NCBI RefSeq assembly: GCF_040938485.1
Contig: NW_027272178.1
Span: 124,001 to 188,000 of the forward strand
Direction: 5' to 3'
DNA length: 64,000 nucleotides
DNA from: Diadema antillarum
Lineage: Eukaryota
Position numbers and translations under genes: made by a program. Below are positions 24,701-37,207 of this stretch, piece after piece. Position 1 is the first letter of the stretch. The number at the start of each line of letters is the position of its first letter. Below the pieces are notes generated by a model. That model saw only the letters and a list, made by a program, of their open reading frames with translations, ran no database searches and was not told where the DNA came from.

Positions 24701-27700
24701 AAAAAAAAAGAAGTTTGTTGCATCTGTCGCCTGTGAGCCCTTAGAGAGCATGATCTGGAAAGCTAATTTGGTTTACAAGGCGTTTTGAATCGGAGATCTT
24801 GAGTGGAGATTATAAACTTAATGCTTCAAATTACCATTTTATGACCTCACATTAAATGCAAAATCAAACTGGACAACATGATATAAGGACGATTTTATTA
24901 TTCTATAGTTGCTGCTGCTGTTACCATTTTTGTGTAAATTCTATATCATATCTAAATCAGAAATGCCGTCATTTCTCATTTTGATTTCTCACATCATCAT
25001 TGTCATACTTTCGTCATCATTAAACCTGAGGATGAGGGGCTTCTAGGGAAGCTGAGATGTTCGCACTAAAATGGCCGATAAAAACGGTCTAATCGCAAGG
25101 CCTATCAAAATAAACGTTACGTTAAGTTGACATTATTACTATCATTCATCATAGTAATTCCTTTCATGTAACACAACAACAATGACGATAACGATTCAAT
25201 TCAATCCATTTATTTTTCATTCTCATTTTTCTTCCAACAAAACATAACACAGAATGAATCAGGAATTACATCATACGCATAATCATATACATTAGAATGT
25301 GCGAAAGATAAACGATACTTAACAAAGTAATATCTACATACATACCGGCAAAACACTAAGTTATGTTTAAAGGGGGAAAAGAGAACCGAGAGGTCCACTG
25401 AAAATCAGTGATAATAGTAATTATAGATATCGACAGAATATGAAAGATTATGTGACAAAAGGGAAATAAGCACGTTCGGGAACCCGATCGAATGTCCTGT
25501 CCGAACTGTTCTAAGCAAAAAGTAATATGTAACTGATTAACGAAACACAGAACGCGATTAGAGCATGCATGCTCAGTCTGTACACGAAAAGCCTGCGTCA
25601 CAATATATGATGGCAAACACTAAGACACAGATCCAGACCCTGCGGATGGTTGGTCAGTCAAAAACATCCCTAAACATACAAGATGAGGCTGGTTTATTAT
25701 CAGAGAGGAAGTAGACAGAATGTTTACATAAACTAAAGGTACTAGTTTCTGTCACTTAGATGCCCAAATTTCCATCCCGTATGGTACTTGATTACAAAAT
25801 ACAGATGTCTTTTCACGAAATTATTCAACAAAGAACGTACATTTGATCATTTGCTACCTTGAATGAAATTTCCGATTCGACACAAAATTTAAAGGTAGTT
25901 ACAGAGATATATCAAACTATAAACCTTTTTCTCACAGCGAGCATGATTTCATTAAGATGGGAAATATCCATCATGTTAAAGCAATCAAATCAGTATAATG
26001 TAAATATTTCCGCTGAATCCATATGATAAAGGAGTGAGCAAGTACACTCTTTCGTGTGTAGTGTAGGAAAACGACGTTAAAACATTCTTCAAGGTTTTGT
26101 ACAAAAATATAGTGCATGTTACAAGCCATGTAGTAATACATTGGAAATCAGACATTCGACGGGAGAGTGTACCTGCATGCAATCTTTTGTTATAATTTTC
26201 AAAATAATTATTTGTCTTAACGAAGCACTCAGACCAAATACTTCTCTATCAACCTAATATTCTAAAATGTAGCCTTATTTGCAAGTGTGTATTTTGTCAT
26301 CATGTCGGCAGTGATTTTCAATCTTGGAATGTTTTAGACATAATTGTAGAAGAATTACGTGCTGTTGATAGATTGTTCCTTTTTTTTTTTTCTCTCAGCT
26401 GGAGTTGGAAATTTGCGAGTTACGAATCTTGGGACTCACTCGGGCAATCTTGAAATGCCATAAAACACCATGGATTTTAAAAAGATGTTAGAATATCTGT
26501 AGTACTACACTAATATTGTTCCTATTTACATTCCACTCTTGCATAATGTTTCGCCGGTTTCTTTTTTTTTTTTCTAAATTGTACTTTGATACATCTTGTC
26601 TGCTATTCTTTCTAGTGTGTGTGTGTGTGTGACACGTCAACACTTAATCCTGATAAATTACTGATACTATAAACTACGAAATAAAGTGATTTGGCTGAAA
26701 ATAGAAAGGTGATATACATGGATGATGACAGATAGAATGCTTGACATCTCAACGGTCTTACTCTAAAAGAAGTTTTAAAAAGAGTCAGTTTCTGTTTCAT
26801 AAAACATGTAGGGATATCAAACTGACATTATTACGCTAAATTCTTGCACACTATACTGCTCGTTAACTGCCATTTTTTCTCAAAAGTTAATTTCTTTTGT
26901 GGCCGGTCTTTCTGACTAAAGTTGTAGCATTTTTGTTCTTGTTTTATGATAAAGTCTGACAACCTAAATTTTCATTTAAATGCTAAAATACAAGAGGACA
27001 AGACTATAAATATGTCCTCAGTTTAACAGTTTTATCTGGCTTCAGTTGTGCCTTTTCAGAAAGGAGTTTCTCGATAGTTAACGAATTTGAATATCACATT
27101 TGGTGTCTAGGTAATGAAAAAAGAGCACAACCCCTAGTTACCATACACACCCTCACATAAAAAGCGATGATGTGAGTGACCAATGACTGCATCGTATGGC
27201 TGTAGTATGAATTACCAAAATGAATGGTATTATAATTCCCCACTTTATCACTGGTGTTGACACTTACAAGATATACAGTTTCAGTATCAAATACGTTTAG
27301 TTCACATTGTAGTGACAAATACGAGGGTTTACAAATTTCGACACAAACCGCGTGGACAAGCATGATTCTGGTTATCGAAATGGAAGACGAGTACAGACCT
27401 ATCATATTTTTTCTGCATTCCGGCTTCTATTAGCTGGAACTACTCGAACCCGAGATCCCTGCAGATGACGCAAATGTTGACGAGGACGTCCAACCACAGA
27501 TAGCCGACAATGGTGACGAGGACGACGAGCTGCCCAAAGTGCCTAAGCCTGAAGTGATAAAAACGCCCTCAGAGGCAGTAGCACCAGAGAAAACACAGCA
27601 ATCCGAATCAGCTCAGAAGCCACAGTCTGCGCCAAAAGATGACGTCGAACGTCCTGCAGGTGACGAAACTGTCCCAATTCATGAGAATGTGGCGCCGACA

Positions 27701-30700
27701 AAACAAGATCAGGACCTTGGGGAGAAGGTGGAGGAGGGCGGCAATGCTGAGGTAAACGGAGAAGAGGAAGAAGAAGTCCCTGACGAAACCAATGAGGAAG
27801 AAGAGGAGGAGGAGGAAGAGGAGGAGGCGGGTGAGGAGGAGGAGATGGAAAGTGACTTTGTCCCTTATCGGCCTGAGAACGACGACCTGTACCTTGAGGA
27901 ACTCATTATCCAGGTACGATTTATGAGTAAGAAATATGTTCAGATAGAAATCCACGCAGTTTGATAGCTGGATTGTCTAATTGCTTGTTTGTTTGTCATT
28001 GTTGTCGTCGTTGTTGTTGTTGTTGTTGTAGGAGCAATAGAATATTGATAAAACTAATTTATATAGGGTTGATTCATGAATATGTAATAACAAGTGAAAA
28101 GCAACTGCCATCCCCTGCAATCAACATTTCCAGACGTGCAAGACGTTTATTGCCAGAAATGTCAGATGGAAGATTGATACCAGATTGATTTCATTTTCCA
28201 ACATCTTAAAAGGATTCCGTCTATTCATCCATTCTTAGGGCCTATAACAGTTTTTATAGCCAAATTTACGATTGTCATGCCTTTGAAAAATGACGATCAA
28301 ATTAAAGATTTCATAACGAGTTGATATCTCTCAGGAATATTTACAAGTTGTGCATAATCTTTACATTGTTTCGTTACACTGTTTCTTTATCCTTCTCGAT
28401 GTTTTAAGACAGATACATGTATATTCACTTACCTTCTCACCGCTAATTAATTCTTACCCCTCTTAAATTTGGAATCACCATAATAGGCACTGACAATCCT
28501 TTATAGAAAGGATGCCGAGAGAGTGGAGAAGATCCTAACGGAGGAATACCTTCGCTTGGCCGACTCTGAAGACGACTTTCCTCAAAACGTCGCCCCAGCT
28601 CCTCAAGGTAAGGTTTACTGGCACCTGGCATTTTTACACATCAGACCGCCATGACCCCTTGCGAGTTTCAATCACATGAACCTAAACTGTGAACAAATGT
28701 CTAATTAGACTCATTAAATTTTTTAATAGGGGAAATCCGGAACAAATAAAAGCTAACCTATAAAATAGAGTACAATCTTACTAGTGGCAACAGCAAAGGT
28801 TTGATGAAAATCGAATAAAAATTAAAGGAACATAGATATTGCGAAGTTTCGCCAATTTTCACGAAATAGTTCTTGAATAGTCACCATGAACATGCAAGTA
28901 GCGAATTGATGATGTCATCCCCTCACAATCCGCCATACAGTATGTACATAAAATCATGAAATTTTCCCGTTTTCTTTTTTCAACCACGAATGACATTATG
29001 TTTTACACTTTTAGACTAGAAAATTGATTTGCCCATTTTTCGGTGCACGATCAATGGAAACTTGTGAGGTGATTGGTCATTATCAGCTCACTCATTTACA
29101 TGGCGTATTGTTATCAATTGTTCAAGTACTGTCGCACAAAAATTAGCGTATCTTGCTAATCGAAGTTTCATTTAAATGCCGTACTTTTACTTTAATATTG
29201 ATCAATTTTTCACTGTTGTTCTTTTCATACATTCTACTCTTTCTTTTCAACCTAATTTTTAGCCGGTCTGGAATTCTTCTCTTAAAGGTTTCCAGATTTC
29301 AGCATGGCGTGTAATGCATTTCGTCTCACATCGGCATAGATAACCTTCACATCCCACGAACCTAATCTACACCAATGTCTAGACAATGGGGGCAATTGCT
29401 AGTGTTCAGCGTGATATGTACCAAAGAGCATAGAAGCTAGCGTATAGCTTATACTCTTTGATATGTACTGCCATCATTTTGTCTCATACGTACAGTCACA
29501 CAGACGTGAGCATGACGTGTGCCTGCTTATTGTAAAGTTTGTCTCATTAACCAAATGTCAATGAGATTGGTTAGTGCTCAATACGTTCCATTCATGACGG
29601 CGTAAAAACAAAACAACAAAAGCCAAAAAAGCACACACACACACACACACAAAAAAAAAAGATTCGCGTAACCAGTGAGAGAGTGTTAATGAATTTCATC
29701 CAAACTTTTCCGTAGATGCGATGAAGTCAATTTATACCTACAGTCATCCTCGAATCGGATTTCATCAGTAATTGAAATGAAAAAGGGATGGGTAACCTAA
29801 CCAAGTCCTGCAATGCAAAATGCCTCCAGAATAGAATAACGAGTATAAAGAAAACAGTTGGATAGCAAAGCTCTGTTTACATTGGTGCCAAAACTATATC
29901 GTACATTTTGATCACTTTATTCTTCCATCTTTTGATCTTTCTGTCTTTTTCTATCTTCCTCTGTCTCTCGATCCTCTCTTTAACTTTTTGTTTGTTAGTG
30001 AAGCCATCTTTTAATACTATCTATGCTTGGAACTTTGATATGAATTCAATTATCGTGTAGATCTGAGCAAACAAGATTCGCAGTTGCCGGCTGAAGAAGG
30101 AGTTTTCCAAGATCGACCGTTCACCGACGACGAACTCATCAGAAAGGATGGTAAGTAATAGAAATACCCTCTTCTCTCTCTCGCTCTCTCTAGCAGGATA
30201 ATTTCCGTCCCCCTATAAACGAAATAAGAAAATTATGGGATTGCAAGATTCCTATCTATTAAAATGTCTATTCTTTCTTATTTCGTTCTTTTTCTTTTTA
30301 GTTCCTTTTTTTTTGAAAGGAAAATAATGTATTCTTCGTACCAAACTATGATTTAGCCGTTATTATCTAGCAGGGGAAATTAAGTGGTGAAAGGATTATT
30401 ATTCCAAACGTATGACCCCAAACCATGACTCATGTGGTATTTTTGTGTTCAATCACTTTGAAAGAAGTGATGTGATTGCCGTCAATATGTATCTTTTCTT
30501 TTAAGTCACGAATGCAAATTTAAGGAAATCAATGTATCTGACAACATAAATAAGCAACACGAATGCGGGTGTTGGTTTATTGACCTTGTATTATCAATTG
30601 TTGACGAGCTAATGACGGATGTCGTACATACCAATACCCTTGTGAGGTGCAGTGCAAATATTTCTAAAACTATAGTTTCTACAAATGTTGCTTTCATTTC

Positions 30701-33194
30701 TTCCCAATTTTTAGTACTGGAAGCAATTGAAGCAAAGAAGAAAGAAGGTCAGTACAATCTTTCCATCGAACATTGTCAAAGTACAGTTTTGAGTCTCTTA
30801 GGAAAAAAGGGTGTACTCAAGCTTCCCACCTGTCATTTGGGATTTGTATTGCACGTTCTGTAACCCACTTCGAACTGTTTGACATAGATAAACAATAAAA
30901 TATCAGATAAAATATGCTATAATATTGACCTCAAATAGACCTACATTGCTTTCCTAACATTAGTTTCTATTGTGTGCGTTTATTACCGTTAATTCCATTC
31001 GGCTTCTGCATAGGAAACACTTTCCCTACGTTACATGCACTTTTCATTTTGACATTTCATGCAACTATACTTATACCTTTTTACGAAGGCCAACAAACTT
31101 TTTTTTTGTTCAATATCATGAAACAATTAATCTTACTGAACAAGTGTAACCTCATCTTGTCAAATCAATTATCCAAAGTTGTAGGAATCACGACAGTGAT
31201 CATCACACGTACACATACGATTCTTGACGAAACAAGTGTCTTGAAGTTGCTGCGCACAGATGGCATGTCAGTACAATAGTTTAGATGATTAAACTATACT
31301 GTGCATACTAGTTTCTTTGACAAAGTGCACATAAGGGCAATCAACTTGTATAGGAATCTACTACATGCCGTCATGGTACATCATGCCCCGATAGTAGGCC
31401 TACATACATGGTAAACTACTGACATGGCAATGTAATTTCGATATTCACACACCTTTAGACAACTTTTCTGCATTCTGCCAGCGCTGGATGCGGGAATTTC
31501 GTGATGATATGAACAGAAACAGTAAAGTGTTATCTTAAATGTCTTGCCTTTGTACGGTAACATAAAGCAAATGATGAAAATCATACCTGGTAACTAATGA
31601 CAACCAACAATAACAGCCACCACAACTGTTATCCTGTCTTGGTGCGAGTAAAAACAAAACCCGACATTAAAGGGATGGTATAGTATTGGTTGAGGAGAGA
31701 ATAACGCTTTTGATGTTAGAAACCATTCGATGAAATGTTAAGGAGCATACAATCCTCAGGGGAATTTAAAGTTAATTTGATGAAAATCGATTTTGAAATG
31801 ACTGAGATATCCAAAAACAACGCATAAAACAAACAGATCATTATGAAAGTAGTGGCCTCTCGCAGAATTTATAAGGTTCGCTTATTTTTTTTTTTTTTGA
31901 TATCTGAGCCATTTTAAGACAACGCTGAAGACACACTTAACAAATCAACTGTGAATTCCTCTGTTGAAATACATGTTCTTTCATATTTCATAAGAAATTT
32001 CTCATCTCATAAACACACACACACACACACATACAAAACACAGTGGCGGATCCAGGGGAAACGCAACGAGCGCGCGCCCGTTTGATTTTTGTTAAAACAA
32101 AAGAAATAAAAAGAAAAAAATGGAGGGAGCGCAGGCGCCCCCTTCTACGAAATTCCTGGATCCGCCCCTGCAAAAAAAAAAAAAAAAGTTGGAAACGTGC
32201 ATCCCCATCTAAACCAAAACTGTACCATCCCTTCAACAATAGGAAAAACACTCTCTATCAAAAGTCACACTCAGAAAAGACTTTATCTTTGCAAAAATGT
32301 AAAGTCATTCTCAGACAAAAAGTGTCGACTACTTGTATGCCCTCGACCTATAGCTCTCGACCTGGCCGAGGACAAACTGATAGCCGATATGGAGGACTTC
32401 GAAGACCAAGGACTGACCCTGGAAGAACTCATTGCTGACCTCCAAGACAAGAAGCAAAACGGAGAGCATCGACCAGGGAAAACCCCGACAGAGGGAGAAG
32501 GTAAGATTAGGGGGAAAGTCGGTCTGATTTTATATCTGAAGGCCTTCCTATTAGCTTTTAATGTGGACCTCCTCGCTCAAAACCAAGTGTGTTCATCCTT
32601 TTAAGTCATCAGGACATCATTTTATCATGACAAGCATAATGGTCCCCATTTTTTCTGTCCTAAGAAATAGAAAATTAAAACGGGAAATCCATCATTAGTT
32701 ATGACTTCTACATACCGGTACCAACCTCCCTCAAAATATCGAGACGTAATGTTGTGAGAGGGACTCCGATGCTCCTGTGAAGAAAACCGTCAGTATCATG
32801 TCTAAATGTAGATGGACGGTATAAAAAAAAAATGTATATTGACAAGGTTTTGATTTCATTGTTACATTAACGATTGTAATCTCCATTCTTCGATGTTTGG
32901 TCAGCTCTGGCGAACAAGAAGAGTACTGAGGAGGACAACCTCTTTGGTGCTTACAAGGATGACCTCGAAGAAGCCGTTCAAGGGGAGACCAAACCACATG
33001 CTAATGTGCCTGCTCCCCAGCCGAGGCGACCCGCCATTCCACACACAGCCATATCTAAAGACGTCTCTAAAGCCGAAGCAGACAACGCCAGGGAGAATGA
33101 AGATGCCGAGGAGCTTTTGAACGAACTTGTCGAGGATCTAAACTCCTCCGTGAAAAAACCAGATGCGAAACCACACTCGACTGGGCACATGTAA
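18768..33194 (+). CDS. Uncharacterised secreted acidic protein, ~414 aa, 8 exons: 18768-18840, 20510-20556, 23611-23631, 27434-27913, 28511-28607, 30061-30150, 32354-32500, 32905-33194
   Basis: All junctions are AG/GT with consistent phases (1,0,0,0,1,1,1), total 1245 nt ending in TAA. Signal peptide MLRKLLATAIVLTIVDGILG|APVE, Glu/Asp-rich body with a poly-Glu tract, dibasic RK/KK/RR sites and no Cys. Confidence 0.8.
28725..29283. mobile_element. Kolobok-like MITE, third family (degenerate)
   Basis: ttaataggggaaatccgg...ctggaattcttctcttaa. Related fragments lie near 13600-13990, 22100-22320 and 54700-55420. Confidence 0.45.
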
Positions 33195-34090
33195 AGAATT
33201 CAAAGGATTGCTGTCGAGTTGAAGATAATTATTCCCTTCAGCTGTTCCCTCATTTATTTTCCGATATCACAAGAGGCGTGGTTAACCACAGTAAACTGTC
33301 GGCTGTTAAACAGTTAGACGGATTCATGGCGCCGAGCTGAAAATCATGACGGCAAAGGAGAATCAGAAATGAGTTCAGCATGTCGTAAATCACAACTTGT
33401 GGAGTAGACATAACAGCATAACAGCAGTCGAGTCATCATTTTGATACATTATTAGCAGGATAAGAGTAGAACCCTATCCATACAATCGCATCATCAAAAT
33501 ACAGTTTAAAGTAACTCAACGAACGATTTAAGTTATCAGTTTTAAATCTACATAAAAAGAGGGCTCAGCTACAGTTGAGTAGATCATTACATCCTTCCAA
33601 TATCTAATAAGATTTGTGGATTTTTGTAATGGATTGGTGAAAGCAGACTTATAGGAATATGAAATGTAAAAAAAAAAGTAAAATCAAAGCATGCCATCCG
33701 ATACGCCATATTTGAATTTGAATGCATTTACATGGTTCTGCTGAATCAGTATAATACTGTGTCTTCTTATGCAGTAATGGATATTGTTATATTGCACTAA
33801 CAAACAAAAAAACTCATTCAATGTGTAAATCTTTAAAAAAATGTGAGTAGTTTTCTATTTATTTTTTAATCAATTTTTATCAGTACAAAAGAATGTGTTA
33901 ATTTCTTCTTGTATCTCATTTAGTGCAGTTTCATTTCCTCTTCGTACAATATTGTATTTATTCTTTTTATACGATGTAAAACAATTTCAGTGTGCATCTA
34001 ATTGTTTTGAAATGTAATGATACATAACTTGTGCTATAGTGTAACGATGGCGAAAAAGGGGGAGGAACTATAGACGGAAAATGACGAAAC

Positions 34091-34096
34091 AATAAA
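34091..34096 (+). terminator. Candidate polyadenylation signal of the secreted-protein gene
   Basis: AATAAA about 0.9 kb after the stop codon, at the end of an AU-rich UTR-like stretch. Not verified. Confidence 0.3.
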
Positions 34097-36073
34097 TCTC
34101 TTTAATACTTAGCTGTCGTCGTTCAGTCTTCAGTATTATCTGTTCTTCTCCTTTCTGTTAAACGATGTAATCACCTGGGAATAAAGAGTGCTTTGATATA
34201 TTGTGATTGATATAAATGCTCGGTGAAAATATACTCGTTATCTATTAATGTAGCACTTCCCTATGAATCGTCCGTCGTACATCGTTCTCGGGTTCTGCGC
34301 TACTCCAGTGTCTGCCATTTTTTTTTTTTTTTTTTTGCCAAAGAGCGTGAACACACACAAAAACGCACACACTCACACACACAAACACATACACACAACT
34401 GATTTTGCTATAGATCATTTTAGGCTATCTAAGACTTGAAATACTAAGACTAGCACAAAAGCCACGAAATTAACGATAAGTAGACTGTATTATGGTATAT
34501 AGTTTAATCGAGGAACTCAAAGACTATCATTACACAATGATTTACTATCAAATTGTGCGTTTTATATGTAATACAATATATTGTGTTATATATCATTAAC
34601 CATATCACCTAAGAAAATTATGTTTACAGTGGTGTCATCTGAACGTCAACACATCTTCTAGCCCATTCGTTTATTTTCAGTTTCAACGGTAATGCAATTA
34701 AAGTAAAACATTAAATGTGTTAAATTTTACATAATGATTATGGAAAAACAGTTTAACATTGTATGCCCTATAGAGGAAAGTTACTGTGTACTGAAATACA
34801 CTTATAAACTGTGAGTGTGTCATGATTTCACTATGTATAACCACACTTCAGTGTTGCTATGCGTCACCAAGTCATGTCATTTAACTTTCGTTGTCGCAGT
34901 TTGCGTTTGTCTTAACATTGTCACAAAACCAAGGAAAATCCCAAGGCATATTGTATGAACGATCAAAAAGGATGTCAACAGATAAAATACATGTAGAGTG
35001 AAATCCCTAAATTATATTAAAAAAACCCACTAGATATACTTTACATAAATACTAATGACACCCAAGTGAAACAAAAAACCTGTTTAACTGCAAAGTATAC
35101 TATACTAAACTGACATCACAAAGTCTTGTGGCATTTATTTCCCGAAATAGTCCCGAAAAAATCAATGAAAGAACATTTCGAGCAATCATCATAATATAAC
35201 AATCACTTCTATGTTGAATTTCACTACTTGACAAGATGCTTATCGATGAAATCGTCAACTATAATGAGTTGAAATGATAACTAAACTGCCAGAATAGCGT
35301 ACATACATACTTGATAATTATACATACACACTACATACATCTGATCAGATACAGTATTCCCCAATCACGGATATTTGATAATGTTTTGATTTTTTTTTTT
35401 CATCCGTTAATTTCTCGTTGTAGTTATGAACATTTGCTTCAACTATAACGGTGATCTTCGTGATGACTATGTTATACAAAACAACAACAACAAACACGTG
35501 ATTTATATACGCGTGTGTCTCCTATAGGAAGGTTGGTGTTTAAAAACTATGACATTTGTTTTTATTAAGTGACAGTAAAGAAAACTGACATAAGTATAGA
35601 TTTGCTCATCACCTCATTTTTTTTTATAAAACATCAATTTAAATACTAATATGTAAATCAACTGACAGGATCCGTCTGTTCTTTGCGCTGTCATGTCCTA
35701 CATCCTTGACCTCCTCTCAATTTTAGTTTGACATTAGGGGAGGAGAAACGAAAAGTTGGATATATATATGGCCTCGATATTTGAATGAACAACAAGATAA
35801 CAAATCCTGATAAACAATTTGTGTCATACAAGTTTATTTCTATTGAAACAACGAAATAATTCTTTCATCTAAATGATACGAGACTGCACACACTCATACA
35901 ACACCGCCGTTTTCCCGAAATATATATAATTACTTCCATTTTACACCAAGTTTAATACAGAGTGTGTTTGTAATTGACGATTGTGGAAATTAAGAAAAAA
36001 AAAAAACAGGGGGAAAGCTTAACTGCATGGGAGATGAATGGCTTTTGTTACGAGGAGGAGAGTAGTTCAGTTA

Positions 36074-37174
36074 CTAATCATCCATGATATTCGAGGTGAT
36101 GAATTTTTCCATGGCCTGTCGGTCAAATTTTTGAGCTTCCCACTGCTCAGTCTCAGTGAGATTCACGACTCCGATTCTTGAGTAGAATCTCTTAGCGCCG
36201 ACATTCCAGCCGTCAACATGTCCATCTAAAGCTTGGCAGCCTGCTTCAACAGCATCCTGAAAAAGTAGTGGAAACCCCGTTGACAAAATTATCTTGTTCT
36301 TCGGCTCTGCATTTATCTTTTCGCCACTTTTTCTTCTATTTTCCACCTAAGGGCGTTGCCAAGCATTTGCAGATTTCTACGCCAAGTGATATGCCCGAAT
36401 TTATCGTTTTGAAATATCTTTTCCCTTTTACGCGACCGTGTCATTCGTGAAATGTCTGAATTCACTGATACCCATCATGACATCTAAAAACTTTTCCTCA
36501 TCTCCACACATGAAGGATTGTATCACCGTTTAACGCTTATGTTAAATGGCTGTATGAACACACATCACAAAGCAGAAAAACAAAGCAAGATGAGACTTTT
36601 TAGTCATCAAAAGACAAATACTGAAGGATGAAATCAACAAATTTAAGCTGAGATAATTATGACTTCGTAAGGTTAAAAATCCTACATACTCGAGCAAAGT
36701 AGTTGACGGAAATTCAACGATGAAAAGGCGGTTTTGTGATTTACGGTTTATCAAGACAGTTTGGTGCACGAATTGTCTATAACATTATAATAGTAAGGAA
36801 TAAAAGGGGGATATGAGATTATCCCAGTAATTTTTCAACTTATGTTTTGTCGAGGTATGAAGCCTAATACCAAGTGGTTTTAAGGTCGTTATTTTTTTTT
36901 TGGCAATTGTTGGGAGAGTGGTCACTTACACAATGTACAACGCAACATGGATTTAAGATAGAAAGAATAACAACTGGAGAAAGGGAAAATGAGTCTATGA
37001 ATTATTCAACACTATTTCAATGTAAACTTCCATTCTAATCAGAAAAAAAAAAATGTTCATAAAAAGCTCCAAATCATGATGATCCAATGCAATATTTTCA
37101 GGGCTTTTGAAAATGAACCTGTTCAACATTTCATAGATTTGGTGGAATATACGGGGTCATGTATATGCAATATG

Positions 37175-37207
<33 letters not shown>

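Noticed and set aside
26399-26490. Strong acceptor followed by an open frame (LELEICELR...) as an extra exon of the secreted protein
   Set aside because: There is no convincing donor before the in-frame stop, and the composition (Cys, basic) is unlike the rest of the protein.
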